From: a virus
DNA length: 64,000 nt
Virus record (IMG/VR): IMGVR_UViG_3300032272_000002
Span: 64,001 to 128,000 of that record
Strand: one strand, 5' to 3'
A program made the translations under genes and the position numbers. Of this stretch, positions 1 to 9,500 are shown piece after piece (positions within the stretch are counted from its first letter, which is position 1; each line of letters opens with the position of its first letter). Under the pieces are notes generated by a model, which saw only the letters and a list, made by a program, of their open reading frames with translations, searched no databases and was not told the DNA's origin.

Positions 1-14
1 CGTACGTCCAGACT

Positions 15-200
15 ATGTTCGACGAGACCCGCAACAAAGTGGAGGCATTCCACCTTGCGGTGCCGCAAGGCACACGCAAGGACCAGGCTATGTGGATTAC
101 GGGATGCGTGGAGCGTGAGCTTCAAGGGCTCGTCTTCGCAAAACTAGACAACAAAGATATCACGGAGAGTCTATGGCGAGTAGTAATCAATACTCTCTAG
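15..200 (+). CDS. hypothetical protein (may extend 5' beyond the window)
   Basis: ORF at the window edge overlapping the next gene; no recognisable motif. Confidence 0.5.
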   Translation: MFDETRNKVEAFHLAVPQGTRKDQAMWITGCVERELQGLVFAKLDNKDITESLWRVVINTL

Positions 201-541
201 AGGACATTCCGAACTTTAGTGTCACCAGGCTCATTGAGGATGGCGTCCGCAAGGAGGGGTTTCCTGGATCTCTACATTATAAGGTAGAAATCAAGCCAGA
301 TCCCGACCACCCTTGGGTTCAAGACTGGCCTGAGGATCAAGTCTTTGGCTGTACGTATAGCGTAGATGAGTTTACACTCTTTCAATCAGATGATCCCAAA
401 AGGACCAAGCGTGACCTCATGTATCTTCACGTCAAAAATGCGTGGGAAGAGTGGTGGCATTCTCATTGGAGACATAACGGCAAGAGGCTCTCAATCCTTG
501 AGCGTCCTGAATATGCATTTGTCCTTGGAGGGGCACTGTAA
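173..541 (+). CDS. hypothetical protein with C-terminal FxLxGAL tag
   Basis: GGAG SD upstream; ends EYAFVLGGAL*. Confidence 0.8.
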   Translation: MASSNQYSLEDIPNFSVTRLIEDGVRKEGFPGSLHYKVEIKPDPDHPWVQDWPEDQVFGCTYSVDEFTLFQSDDPKRTKRDLMYLHVKNAWEEWWHSHWRHNGKRLSILERPEYAFVLGGAL

Positions 542-542
542 A

Positions 543-941
543 ATGAAAAGAGAAAAGGTATATATCTCCGGTCCAGTATCCGGCATGCCCGAACTGAACC
601 ATCCCGCGTTCCGTCGAGTTGAGAAGATGTTATTTGCTGCCGACTGTGAGGTAGAAAATCCCATCAACAATCAGCGTCCTCTATTCTTTGACTTAAAAGA
701 AGATGCGATGGAGTTGTGGCAATATCAAATGAGAAAGGCCGTCTCTCAGTTGACCTTGTGTGATAGCATCGTCATGCTAAATGGCTGGGAGAAATCCAAG
801 GGGGCGACCATCGAGCTATGGCTGGCCCACATGCTGGGGTTAGTATTGTATAATGAAAACCTTCAGCCGCTAAATATTGCCCCAGAAGAAATTTCCCTGC
901 CAGACTGGCAGGCCGTAAAACGACACCTCGCCAGCATATAA
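543..941 (+). CDS. DUF4406 / nucleoside 2-deoxyribosyltransferase-like protein
   Basis: KVYISGPVSG...NP...CDSIVMLNGWEKSKGATIE pattern; start moved to ATG 543, 1 nt after the upstream stop. Confidence 0.8.
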   Translation: MKREKVYISGPVSGMPELNHPAFRRVEKMLFAADCEVENPINNQRPLFFDLKEDAMELWQYQMRKAVSQLTLCDSIVMLNGWEKSKGATIELWLAHMLGLVLYNENLQPLNIAPEEISLPDWQAVKRHLASI

Positions 942-999
942 GTAGTCTGGTGAAACTGCTAGCATTTTTGAGAATCCATAAATGAACAGAAGAAATGGC

Positions 1000-1028
1000 T
1001 TGACAAACGAAGAATACTTTGATAAGGT
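1000..1028 (+). promoter_or_regulatory. sigma70-type promoter, probably giving a leaderless mRNA
   Basis: TTGACA-N17-TAAGGT with ATG at 1036, 7 nt after the -10 box. Confidence 0.6.
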
Positions 1029-1035
1029 TCAGGGT

Positions 1036-1689
1036 ATGACAGAAGAAAGTTCGACCACTACGAGACCCCCCGGTCTTATTTTCATCTCGCTTTCTGGAAA
1101 GAAGCAGGTGGGAAAGGACACGGCAACCGACATCGCAACACGTCTTTTGCGAGACGTGGGCAAGACGGTAAAGGTGACTGCGTTTGCTGAACCCCTCAAG
1201 CGAATGTGTATTGATGTGCTGGGGCTTGAAGAAGCCTTAGTATATGGCTCGAATGATGATAAGGATACTCTTACACATATTGTGTGGGATACAATGCCTT
1301 TGAATATTAGAGTGAAATACTCTAAGGTTACTCGCGGCCCTCGAAGTGGTGCGATGACCGTGCGAGAAGTTTTACAGGTCGTGGGGACTGACATTTTCCG
1401 CGAGATGTTTTGGGATAACGTGTGGGCCGAGGCCCCGTTCCGCAAGGACTACGCCGATGTTGACGTGGTAATCTTAACAGATTGCCGCTTTCCCAACGAA
1501 AAGGACTGTACAGATGGTAGTGGTGGCGTCACTATTAGATTGGAGAGGGCTACAGGCTTCACCGACAACCATAAAAGTGAGACCGCTCTTGATGGATACA
1601 CTTTTGAATACTTCTATGAGAACAACGGCTCACTAGAAGACCTAGAAATCTTTATTAGAGAAACCCTGGAGGAAATTGAACTACTATGA
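1036..1689 (+). CDS. deoxynucleoside monophosphate kinase (T4 gp1-like)
   Basis: P-loop SGKKQVGKDT, AFAEPLK, REVLQVVGTDIFR, DCRFPNE, HKSE. Confidence 0.9.
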   Translation: MTEESSTTTRPPGLIFISLSGKKQVGKDTATDIATRLLRDVGKTVKVTAFAEPLKRMCIDVLGLEEALVYGSNDDKDTLTHIVWDTMPLNIRVKYSKVTRGPRSGAMTVREVLQVVGTDIFREMFWDNVWAEAPFRKDYADVDVVILTDCRFPNEKDCTDGSGGVTIRLERATGFTDNHKSETALDGYTFEYFYENNGSLEDLEIFIRETLEEIELL

Positions 1690-1853
1690 ATGAACAACAA
1701 CCGAACGTCTATGTCTCGGGAGACGAGGCTCGACTACTAATGCAGCTATTAACTGCTACCCCCTTGATGCAGCTTTACACGAAGCTGAACGTCATCAACA
1801 CCGTGCAGCCCGCACAACAACAACAGCCTACGGAGGCACCAAAAAATGAATAA
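1686..1853 (+). CDS. small hypothetical protein (55 aa, not in the ORF track)
   Basis: ATGA overlap with the kinase stop; MNEQQPNVYVSGDEARLL...PKNE*; fills the gap exactly. Confidence 0.65.
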   Translation: MNEQQPNVYVSGDEARLLMQLLTATPLMQLYTKLNVINTVQPAQQQQPTEAPKNE

Positions 1854-2304
1854 CAGAGATCTTGCCTTCACGCATCGTCCGCTGACTGGTGTCAGTGTTG
1901 GTGCTTACAACGCGAACGGTGTTCTTTATGTCGCTGCCGCATTTACGAACGATGGCACTAGCCGCAATGGCAACTACCACGAGGAGCACAACGATGTCTT
2001 TTCGCGTGCTATCTCCCGTCGTATTATCGCGGGCCGCATTACCTTCTCGCAGAAGATCGCTACCCGCTTTGTCTTCGAAGTAGAGACTGACATGACTGGC
2101 CCAGACTTTATGCGTGCCTTCCGTCAGTCATTCAAGCCTGAGCTTGATGAGACAGATAATGTATTGCATGACGCATTCGTTCAAGGCGGCACCGAGTATC
2201 GTGCTCGCAAGACCGTCAACGATATTTGGGACGTGATTGGAGATCTTGCGAACATCGTCGTTAACGCCCCCGTTGCAGTTGGGACTGAAACCACTGGTAA
2301 CTAA
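1846..2304 (+). CDS. hypothetical protein
   Basis: GGAGG SD; tightly packed ORF. Confidence 0.75.
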   Translation: MNNRDLAFTHRPLTGVSVGAYNANGVLYVAAAFTNDGTSRNGNYHEEHNDVFSRAISRRIIAGRITFSQKIATRFVFEVETDMTGPDFMRAFRQSFKPELDETDNVLHDAFVQGGTEYRARKTVNDIWDVIGDLANIVVNAPVAVGTETTGN

Positions 2305-2906
2305 TGAGAGTATTAGTTTTTGACACCGAGACGGGTGGCGTTGATTCCACTAAGCATTCTCTGTTGACTCTTGGTGCCCTGGCGGGAGACCTTGATACTG
2401 GCGAAGTATTCGAGCAGTTTGAGGTCTTCCATCGTCTTCCGGACGAAGCCGACTATAACATCTCTGATGGAGCCTTCGGGGTCCACGGCATCACTGCCGA
2501 AGATTGTATGGACAAGGGTGTTAAGACAACTGAAATTCAGGAACGCTTTGCGGACCTGTATATGAACCATAATTGCGTCCTGCTTGCAGGGCACAATGTT
2601 GAGTTCGATGTCAGGTTTATGTGCGATCAGATTTATAAGTTCAGTGTAGCTGAGTTTGATAACACGTTTACCTATCGCAAACTAGATAGCATGCCGATTG
2701 TACGCTTGTTCGCAGGCGTAGAGAACATGCAGCAAGGTGCGACTCTAAAACAAACCGTGAAGTCACTGGGAATTGATATGAGTGATGTTAAAGGTGGCGG
2801 CTATCACGCCGCTCTCTATGATGTCATTGCCACGTTCCGAGTGTTATGTAAATTCCGACAAGTTTTATCGTCACCCGAAGTGGTGACACAACTAACAGGA
2901 GGCTAA
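2304..2906 (+). CDS. DEDDh 3'-5' exonuclease (Pol III epsilon-like)
   Basis: VFDTETGG (ExoI), GHNVEFD (ExoII), HAALYD (ExoIII). Confidence 0.9.
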   Translation: MRVLVFDTETGGVDSTKHSLLTLGALAGDLDTGEVFEQFEVFHRLPDEADYNISDGAFGVHGITAEDCMDKGVKTTEIQERFADLYMNHNCVLLAGHNVEFDVRFMCDQIYKFSVAEFDNTFTYRKLDSMPIVRLFAGVENMQQGATLKQTVKSLGIDMSDVKGGGYHAALYDVIATFRVLCKFRQVLSSPEVVTQLTGG

Positions 2907-2907
2907 T

Positions 2908-3075
2908 ATGCGTGCCCGTGATAAGCACCGTCGCTTTCTACGAAAGAATGGTTGGATCGCCGTGGAAGCTCTGAAAGATAATGGAGCTTTCCAGTGGAAG
3001 TGGATTCATACACGCTATAAGCGTGCGTATTCCCGCCAAGCTGCCGTAGAAAGAACACAACGATGGTCTAAATGA
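2908..3075 (+). CDS. small basic hypothetical protein (55 aa, not in the ORF track)
   Basis: AGGAGG SD; MRARDKHRRFLRKNGW...RWSK*; ATGA overlap with the next gene. Confidence 0.65.
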   Translation: MRARDKHRRFLRKNGWIAVEALKDNGAFQWKWIHTRYKRAYSRQAAVERTQRWSK

Positions 3076-3557
3076 ATAAAAGATTTGATACAAGAACCGA
3101 AGAAGAGTTTAAAGCAGAAATTGCCCATAGAACCCTTCTTGAACGTGAGCTATTCCTAGAGTGGCTCAATCTACAAGAGAAAGAGACGGGTGTGCTGCCT
3201 AAGTTTACTGACACAGGGTGTGGTAATCATGGTGAGTTCATCGAGGACAAAAAGGTTTCAACTGCTGCTGACTTTGACGTGGAGGGTATTGGCCTGGTAG
3301 AAGTAAAATTCGCCAAGCCAATGCTCAAGCGTGACTTTCACCTCAAGGTTGGACAAACTAAATCATACATTAAGCAGGGTGCCATGATCCTTATGGTGAT
3401 TGGAGCCGACGAAGACGTACCAAAATTTACATTGATTAACGTTGAAGCTCTCGAAGAGATTGTTGAAACGTGTCCCATTGTAAAGTGGGTAGGCTTCGGC
3501 TTCAAGCCCTCGTATAGAATTGAAATTGGGAAATTCGTATGGCGAGACCTAAAGTAA
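3072..3557 (+). CDS. putative PD-(D/E)xK nuclease
   Basis: ADFDVEGIGLVEVKF resembles a PD...ExK core. Confidence 0.55.
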   Translation: MNKRFDTRTEEEFKAEIAHRTLLERELFLEWLNLQEKETGVLPKFTDTGCGNHGEFIEDKKVSTAADFDVEGIGLVEVKFAKPMLKRDFHLKVGQTKSYIKQGAMILMVIGADEDVPKFTLINVEALEEIVETCPIVKWVGFGFKPSYRIEIGKFVWRDLK

Positions 3558-3805
3558 CCGGCGAACCTCACGACGTGCTGGGCCCATTCGAGGTGCATCA
3601 TAATCCAGAGCAAAACGCATGGATCATTAAGTATAATGAAGCGTCCGATAAATACCTCAATATGTTTGGAAATTTAGCCAACCTGCCTGATCTCTTTGCG
3701 ACTCGTGCAAGTGCTATGAATCTCATCTATGATTTAGTCGCAGGTAATAGGCTTCTAAATACTACTCCCGTAGATGACTCATTCAAACTAAGCGGTGCCC
3801 TATGA
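3539..3805 (+). CDS. hypothetical protein with C-terminal FxLxGAL tag
   Basis: ends VDDSFKLSGAL*. Confidence 0.75.
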   Translation: MARPKVTGEPHDVLGPFEVHHNPEQNAWIIKYNEASDKYLNMFGNLANLPDLFATRASAMNLIYDLVAGNRLLNTTPVDDSFKLSGAL

Positions 3806-4380
3806 AATTTGATATCATTATCCCTACTATCAATCGCATGTCTTTGAATGCAGCAGTAGAGTCTGTGTATGCCCAACGCTATACGGACTGGAGATTGTTT
3901 GTGGTAGGCGATGGTGTGATGCCTGATCTTGAAGGCTACGATAAGGATAGGGTTTGTGTCATGTCTATTGACCAACGTACTGCTGACAGCGGTGCGAGTC
4001 AACGCAATATGGGCATCCGAATTGGTGACAGCCCCTGGATCGCCTACCTAGATGATGATGACGTGTGGTATCCCGACCACCTGAGTACTATCGTTGAGCT
4101 ACACGAGGAGTTTCGTGACGCTGACATGTTTAAAACAGCAGCTCAAGAAATGGTTATGTCTCGGAAAAGTCCTCGACATAAGAAAGAAAAAATGAAGTTG
4201 CGGTGTGTAAATGAGGACGACCCCCTTACTATTACAATAGCACATTCAAGAGACCTGTTCTATAAGACTTCGAAGTGGCAAGCAAAAGATAACCACGACC
4301 ACATCTTATGGAATGAAATGCTGGCAGCAGGCGGCCAGCCAGCTAAAAGCAAAAGTGTAACGGCACTATATCTCAGATGA
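3802..4380 (+). CDS. glycosyltransferase family 2
   Basis: IIIPT..R, SVYAQ, VVGDG, RNMGI, IAYLDDDD. Confidence 0.9.
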   Translation: MKFDIIIPTINRMSLNAAVESVYAQRYTDWRLFVVGDGVMPDLEGYDKDRVCVMSIDQRTADSGASQRNMGIRIGDSPWIAYLDDDDVWYPDHLSTIVELHEEFRDADMFKTAAQEMVMSRKSPRHKKEKMKLRCVNEDDPLTITIAHSRDLFYKTSKWQAKDNHDHILWNEMLAAGGQPAKSKSVTALYLR

Positions 4381-5567
4381 AAATTATCAACCTCTTTAGC
4401 GAGAACTTCAAGCGGATTAAAGCCGTAGAAATTAAGCCAGACGGCAACATCGTTTATATCTCTGGTATGAATGGTGAAGGCAAGACCTCTATCCTCGACG
4501 CCATCTGGGACACTCTGGAGCACAGAGCTACCAAGAAGCGGATCAAGGAGCCTCTCCGGGTCGGAGCGGAGAAAGGTCGCAACGAAATTGACCTTGGTCA
4601 GTACATTATCACTAGGACTTATGGCCCTGAGGGCAAGACTACTCTCAAGGTAGAGACGCCTAGCGGCAGCATCATCAAGTCGCCCCAGCGTTTGCTTGAT
4701 ACTCTCGTCGGAGACTTGAGCTTCGACCCATGGGATTTCATCCGACAAACAGATCAGAAGCAACGCGAAGCGTTGGCTGACCTTCTATATAATCTAACAG
4801 ACGGCAAGTTCGACGTGAGCGAATTCGAACGCCGCCATAATAAAGCTTACGAAGAGAGGACTGCCGAGAACCGAGACAAGAAACGTCTCGACGGTATGAT
4901 CTCTACTCTCCTGCCTCCGACAGATAAAGATCCTACTACAGAAACATCTGTTGCGGAGCTATCTGACAAACTGGACTTGGCTATTGAGAAATCTAAGAAT
5001 GAAATAGAGATTGATACGCTGAGACAACGGGTCGTCGAGTTGGAGGCTCGCAACCAAGAGATTGGTGCCTTGGACCACGAAGACATTCGTCGGCAGCTAG
5101 AAAATATTGAGTCGCAGAATAAGAGGGCCCGCGAAGTTACGCTGTACCACAACACTAAGAAAGACTTGGCCGAAGTGGAGGCGAGGGTGGACGCACTGAA
5201 CGATGAGATGGAATTGGTGAAAATTGAGAAAGCGGAGGCCCTAGAGTCCGCTTCGCTCCCCGTAAAGGGTTTAACTGTCACCGAGGACGGAATTATGCTG
5301 GCGAACTCAACAAATGATTTGGTACCTTTTTGTCAGGCGTCTACCGCACAGCAATTGAGGGTAGCACTCGCCATTGCCATGACTGCCAACCCAGACTTAC
5401 GAGTCATTCGTATCGCGGACGGCTCTCTTTTGGACGATAACAGCCTGCAAATTATCGAAGAAATGGCAGGAGAACAAGACTTTCAGATTTGGATTGAATA
5501 TGCATCGCGAAACGACCAGGATAGGGTGGGCGTCTACATCGAAGACGGATCCATCGTAGAGAATTAG
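4377..5567 (+). CDS. SMC/Rad50(SbcC)-like coiled-coil ATPase
   Basis: ENFKRI, Walker A GMNGEGKT, central coiled coil, C-terminal ASTAQ and IRIADGSLLD. Confidence 0.85.
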   Translation: MKIINLFSENFKRIKAVEIKPDGNIVYISGMNGEGKTSILDAIWDTLEHRATKKRIKEPLRVGAEKGRNEIDLGQYIITRTYGPEGKTTLKVETPSGSIIKSPQRLLDTLVGDLSFDPWDFIRQTDQKQREALADLLYNLTDGKFDVSEFERRHNKAYEERTAENRDKKRLDGMISTLLPPTDKDPTTETSVAELSDKLDLAIEKSKNEIEIDTLRQRVVELEARNQEIGALDHEDIRRQLENIESQNKRAREVTLYHNTKKDLAEVEARVDALNDEMELVKIEKAEALESASLPVKGLTVTEDGIMLANSTNDLVPFCQASTAQQLRVALAIAMTANPDLRVIRIADGSLLDDNSLQIIEEMAGEQDFQIWIEYASRNDQDRVGVYIEDGSIVEN

Positions 5568-5574
5568 TGTATTC
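5564..5574 (+). promoter_or_regulatory. conserved motif TTAGTGTATTC (candidate phage-sigma promoter)
   Basis: the same motif lies upstream of genes at 18152, 21160 and (variant) 63670. Confidence 0.55.
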
Positions 5575-5604
5575 GTTAGTGCGGCATTGCCGTAGGAGAC
5601 TATT

Positions 5605-6009
5605 ATGGCTATTAAACTTAACTGGAACGTCCTGTCTGATGTCAAATCCGACCTCGAAGATACCTGGAAACTGAAGCCAGAGACCAAGGTAACGTTCGTC
5701 CTTCTAATGAAGGACGGCTCCCATCACAAGAAGACTATTAAGTTTTCTGAATTTCTAAAGTTCTTTTGGTTTATTTATGACAGCACTAATTTTCACGTCA
5801 AGGGCCTAGTAGTAACAGATACTACAGGCAAGATCCTTTATCGCCACCGACAAACGACTGGCGAACACGAAGAAATCCCGAACGGTGGCAACGTACACAT
5901 CTTTGATCGTTGGAACAATATGACTGACGGTCAAAAAGATGCCCACCTGAACATCCTACTATCTCAAATTTATGACTACACAGAATCCTCTCGAAACTCT
6001 AACGGTTGA
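5605..6009 (+). CDS. hypothetical protein
   Basis: AGGAG SD; ORF. Confidence 0.75.
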   Translation: MAIKLNWNVLSDVKSDLEDTWKLKPETKVTFVLLMKDGSHHKKTIKFSEFLKFFWFIYDSTNFHVKGLVVTDTTGKILYRHRQTTGEHEEIPNGGNVHIFDRWNNMTDGQKDAHLNILLSQIYDYTESSRNSNG

Positions 6010-6508
6010 CGAATGGGACGCCCTAATTATCAGCATCGTTAAGAGATACTTTTCGATTGCTCGTAGAAGCTCTGGCATCGACATTGATGATTTGAAGCAG
6101 GAAGCATGGCACGCATTGATGCGAGCCTGCAAGAATCATGATCCCGAGAAAGCCGCTAAGTCTGGCGTGAAGTTTAGTACGTATGCCTATGCGTATATCG
6201 ACGGCCAGCTTCGTAGGTATGTCTCCAACAGCTATAAAAATCCTGCCAGCGTAGACATCGACAATGTGACTATTGAAGATGAAGACTATGATCTGGAAGG
6301 AGATTTTGTCAAGGACGAATTGGCTGCCAAGATCTTTGAGCTGGCCGATGGGGCGAAACACTCTGAGCTATTGGTGGAGCACTTTGTCAAGGGTAAAACC
6401 TATCGTCAAATTGCATCTGAGCTTGGGGTCTCTCACAATCTCATTCACTTACGTATTCACAGCGTGCTGAAAAAAGTACAAGAGGATCTGTATGATGATA
6501 ACTATTAA
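5972..6508 (+). CDS. sigma-70 family RNA polymerase sigma factor
   Basis: region 2 DDLKQEA...DPEK..VKFSTYAY; region 4 HTH KTYRQIASELGVS. Confidence 0.9.
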   Translation: MTTQNPLETLTVDEWDALIISIVKRYFSIARRSSGIDIDDLKQEAWHALMRACKNHDPEKAAKSGVKFSTYAYAYIDGQLRRYVSNSYKNPASVDIDNVTIEDEDYDLEGDFVKDELAAKIFELADGAKHSELLVEHFVKGKTYRQIASELGVSHNLIHLRIHSVLKKVQEDLYDDNY

Positions 6509-6698
6509 GATTATCTCGTGTAAACTGTGCGGTGGCCAGTACTACGGCGGCGAACAAGACGTGAAGCTGAAAGCTGGCAACGAACGCAACGCACCAACTG
6601 AGGTATATTTTACCACACTAAAGGTATCCAAGTGTGCCACCTGTCAAACACACGCAGACCGCACTAAGGCGGCTCGCAAAAAGAGACTCCATGATTGA
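6492..6698 (+). CDS. small zinc-ribbon protein
   Basis: CKLC...CATC; basic C-terminus. Confidence 0.65.
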   Translation: MMITIKIISCKLCGGQYYGGEQDVKLKAGNERNAPTEVYFTTLKVSKCATCQTHADRTKAARKKRLHD

Positions 6699-7626
6699 GG
6701 AATACACACACATTGGTCACATGAGACCAGACACAAAATATAACAACGTGTTCCTGGTGCAAAACTCTGCGGTCAAGACAACACGTAAAAGTAGAGAGCC
6801 CTATCTCTCCGTTACCCTGGCCGATGTCACTGGTCGCATTGAGGGTGCTATCTGGAATTGTTCTAATACAGATGTTGTTAAGCCGGGGAGCTATGTGTCT
6901 CTTGAAATTATTACTAAGACATACAAGGACACCCTGCAATTCAACGCCAAAGGTCGTACAGTACAACCCTTCAACGGAACTCCCCAGAATGCAGAGGACT
7001 ATGTGCGTGGACCTGGCGAGGCTGTGCTCGACTACTATGCCGACGAGCTGCGTCAGCATGTTGATAGTATCGACGATCCCGAGTACCGCGACATGCTTCA
7101 CGAACAGGTGGACATCATTGATACACTGAGGAATGCGTCCTTCGGGCAGACTGGCCCGCTTGCTCATCCGGGCGGCCTCTTGATCCACACCGTCCACGTA
7201 ATTCGATTGGCTCGTGCCTCTGTTGAGAAGTGTGGCGATATCGATGGCCTAAAAGTTAACAACTCCCTGGTCATTCTGGGAGGACTGCTTCGCAACATCG
7301 GCTGGGCAACCACAATGACGCTAGAGGGTAACTTCTTTCGTCCCCGCGATGCATTCTTTATGACTGGTGTTTACAAGGCGTCAGCCCGATATGTGGATCA
7401 TCTTATGATGGCGGTCGAAACGGACAAGGGTATTGCATTAAATGAAAGTAAGAAACAATCACTCTCTAATATGTGTGGCCCCATTGAGGACATCCGTACT
7501 CTTGAGGGCAAAGTGGTGGCTTGGGCGGGCGATATGGCTGGCATCATGCACCTTGGCGGCTTTGCCATGAACCTCAAGCAAGATGGTAGCTGGAAGGGTG
7601 ACTTCTTCGTGGGGCACCTATCATGA
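6691..7626 (+). CDS. YhaM/Cbf1-like OB-fold + HD-domain protein (HD motif degenerate)
   Basis: PYLSVTLADVTGRIEGAIW OB fold; AHPGGLLIHT; LLRNIG where LLHDIG is expected. Confidence 0.8.
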   Translation: MIEEYTHIGHMRPDTKYNNVFLVQNSAVKTTRKSREPYLSVTLADVTGRIEGAIWNCSNTDVVKPGSYVSLEIITKTYKDTLQFNAKGRTVQPFNGTPQNAEDYVRGPGEAVLDYYADELRQHVDSIDDPEYRDMLHEQVDIIDTLRNASFGQTGPLAHPGGLLIHTVHVIRLARASVEKCGDIDGLKVNNSLVILGGLLRNIGWATTMTLEGNFFRPRDAFFMTGVYKASARYVDHLMMAVETDKGIALNESKKQSLSNMCGPIEDIRTLEGKVVAWAGDMAGIMHLGGFAMNLKQDGSWKGDFFVGHLS

Positions 7627-7865
7627 ATCCCGATGCAGAACTAATGTATCGCGAACTACACACGGCCTATAACCATGGGCTCATCTCTAAAGAGCAAGCT
7701 GCCTCCATGTGGAAGATGTATAATAAGCCCTTGGAACAGGTAACATATAACTTTCCAGTGAGCAAACCTATCGTGGGCTACTTCAACTTTAATACTGGCG
7801 AATCTATGAGCCAAGAAGAATTCGAACGAGCTGAAAATGAATTTGTTTTACGAGGAGCACTATGA
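7623..7865 (+). CDS. hypothetical protein with C-terminal FxLxGAL tag
   Basis: ends AENEFVLRGAL*; ATGA overlaps at both ends. Confidence 0.75.
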   Translation: MNPDAELMYRELHTAYNHGLISKEQAASMWKMYNKPLEQVTYNFPVSKPIVGYFNFNTGESMSQEEFERAENEFVLRGAL

Positions 7866-8626
7866 GCAGACTAGAACGAGCAAGAATCGCTGGTAAAGTT
7901 AATCGCGATGCTATTGAACATGGCTTCAGCCTAGCTAAGCCTGGCGTAACTCTACGCGAGCTAGACACTGAGCTTGGCAGCTTCATTAAATTTCACGAAG
8001 GTTGCACGCCAGCATTCCTCGGCTATAAAGGCTTCCCGCGTAACGCCTGTATCTCAGTGAATTACGTAGCCGTACACGGTGTTGCAGACGAACACGTCAT
8101 CAAGGAGGGCGACCTCCTAACGATTGATATTGGCACTATCTATGAAGGGATGTATGCCGACGCGGCGAGTACGCGAGTAATCGGTAGTGAGCTAGAGCAC
8201 GAACAAGAGTGGCATCTGTCTGAGTCTGTACAGATCGTCCTGCAAAAACAGTTAGAGGTAGTACGCGACGGCACCTCTCTTCTCGATATTGCACAGGCTG
8301 GACAAGCCGCTGCGGAAGATCTCTGTCTGCACATGGTAGAGGATCTCGGCGGCCACTATATCGGAGAGCAATTACATATGGATCCGTTCATTCCTAACTG
8401 CATCGATTATCGACGCGGCAAGCTGAGTGCGGACCTTCAAAAGAAAAAATATTCCCAACATCTTTTGCGTACTGGGGACATTATTTGTATTGAACCTGTT
8501 ATTACTTACGGAAGTACGGACCTCACTGTTGGTGCAGATGATTGGACGTGCAGTACGGCAGCTCTCTCGGCTCACGCCGAGCATATGATTTTAGTTACTG
8601 AAACCGGATACGAGATTTTATCATGA
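7862..8626 (+). CDS. map: methionine aminopeptidase type I
   Basis: GYKGFP..CISVN...HG, DIG...D, GHYIG..LH, IEP, HAEH. Confidence 0.93.
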   Translation: MSRLERARIAGKVNRDAIEHGFSLAKPGVTLRELDTELGSFIKFHEGCTPAFLGYKGFPRNACISVNYVAVHGVADEHVIKEGDLLTIDIGTIYEGMYADAASTRVIGSELEHEQEWHLSESVQIVLQKQLEVVRDGTSLLDIAQAGQAAAEDLCLHMVEDLGGHYIGEQLHMDPFIPNCIDYRRGKLSADLQKKKYSQHLLRTGDIICIEPVITYGSTDLTVGADDWTCSTAALSAHAEHMILVTETGYEILS

Positions 8627-9186
8627 ATACTATCATTACACACCTAGACAACGACCGTTTCCCGATTCTAGAGGCAGAATCACAGCCAGTTAGTGTACCT
8701 ATTAGTGCCCTCGACCTCGAACATATTGAGAGGATGGACGTTACTTTGAGAGATTTGGAAGACGGTGCGGCAGGACTTGCCGCAGTACAAATTGGATACC
8801 CCAAACGCATCTTCTTGCTTCGTAAGGATGGGGAAAACCGTGTCTTCATCAATCCCACTGTTATTGCACGAAGCAAGGAAACCCGGAAGCGTCCCGAGGC
8901 GTGCCTGTCTCTGCCTGGACTTGTTGTACAGACCACTCGTCCCAAATCTGTGACTCTAAAGTACTTCGATCTAGAAGGTGCTGAGCACACCGAAACCTTT
9001 GCTGGTTTCTGGGCACAGGCTGTTGCTCACGAGATGGATCACCTTAATGGTACCCTTCTAACTCGTCACTTGGAAGCTCAGTATGCCAAGACTGACACTC
9101 GTACCAAGTTCGGTATGAAGATGAATGCCCATCGCACCAAAGCGATTGCCAAGCGTCGTGCAAAGAACAAGCGGTCAAAGAAATGA
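8623..9186 (+). CDS. def: peptide deformylase
   Basis: GLAAVQIG, EACLS, HEMDHLNG; basic C-terminal extension. Confidence 0.95.
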   Translation: MNTIITHLDNDRFPILEAESQPVSVPISALDLEHIERMDVTLRDLEDGAAGLAAVQIGYPKRIFLLRKDGENRVFINPTVIARSKETRKRPEACLSLPGLVVQTTRPKSVTLKYFDLEGAEHTETFAGFWAQAVAHEMDHLNGTLLTRHLEAQYAKTDTRTKFGMKMNAHRTKAIAKRRAKNKRSKK

Positions 9187-9470
9187 CCAATAGCAAGTCC
9201 AAGATCGTGGAGGATCTAAACCTCCATAAATTCCAGCAACAGATTCTTGGTGAATTCAAAGAGTTCACCATGCCTATTGTTAGATCAGGGTTTCCAAGTA
9301 CTCCGTTGAACGAGTTGTATAAAAAACAGATCATGACGGCGAAACCGGCCTCGATCAAATGGAACTTCGTGTACAGCGAAGAGGATAAAAAATGGAATAG
9401 CGTAGATGAACTTCCTCGTGAACAGGTAGAATCTGAGAGCGATGAATTCGTATTGACCGGAGCCTTATAA
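9183..9470 (+). CDS. hypothetical protein with C-terminal FxLxGAL tag
   Basis: ends ESESDEFVLTGAL*. Confidence 0.75.
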   Translation: MTNSKSKIVEDLNLHKFQQQILGEFKEFTMPIVRSGFPSTPLNELYKKQIMTAKPASIKWNFVYSEEDKKWNSVDELPREQVESESDEFVLTGAL

Positions 9471-9500
9471 AAAGTACCTTACCCCCAAGGGGAATTGTGA

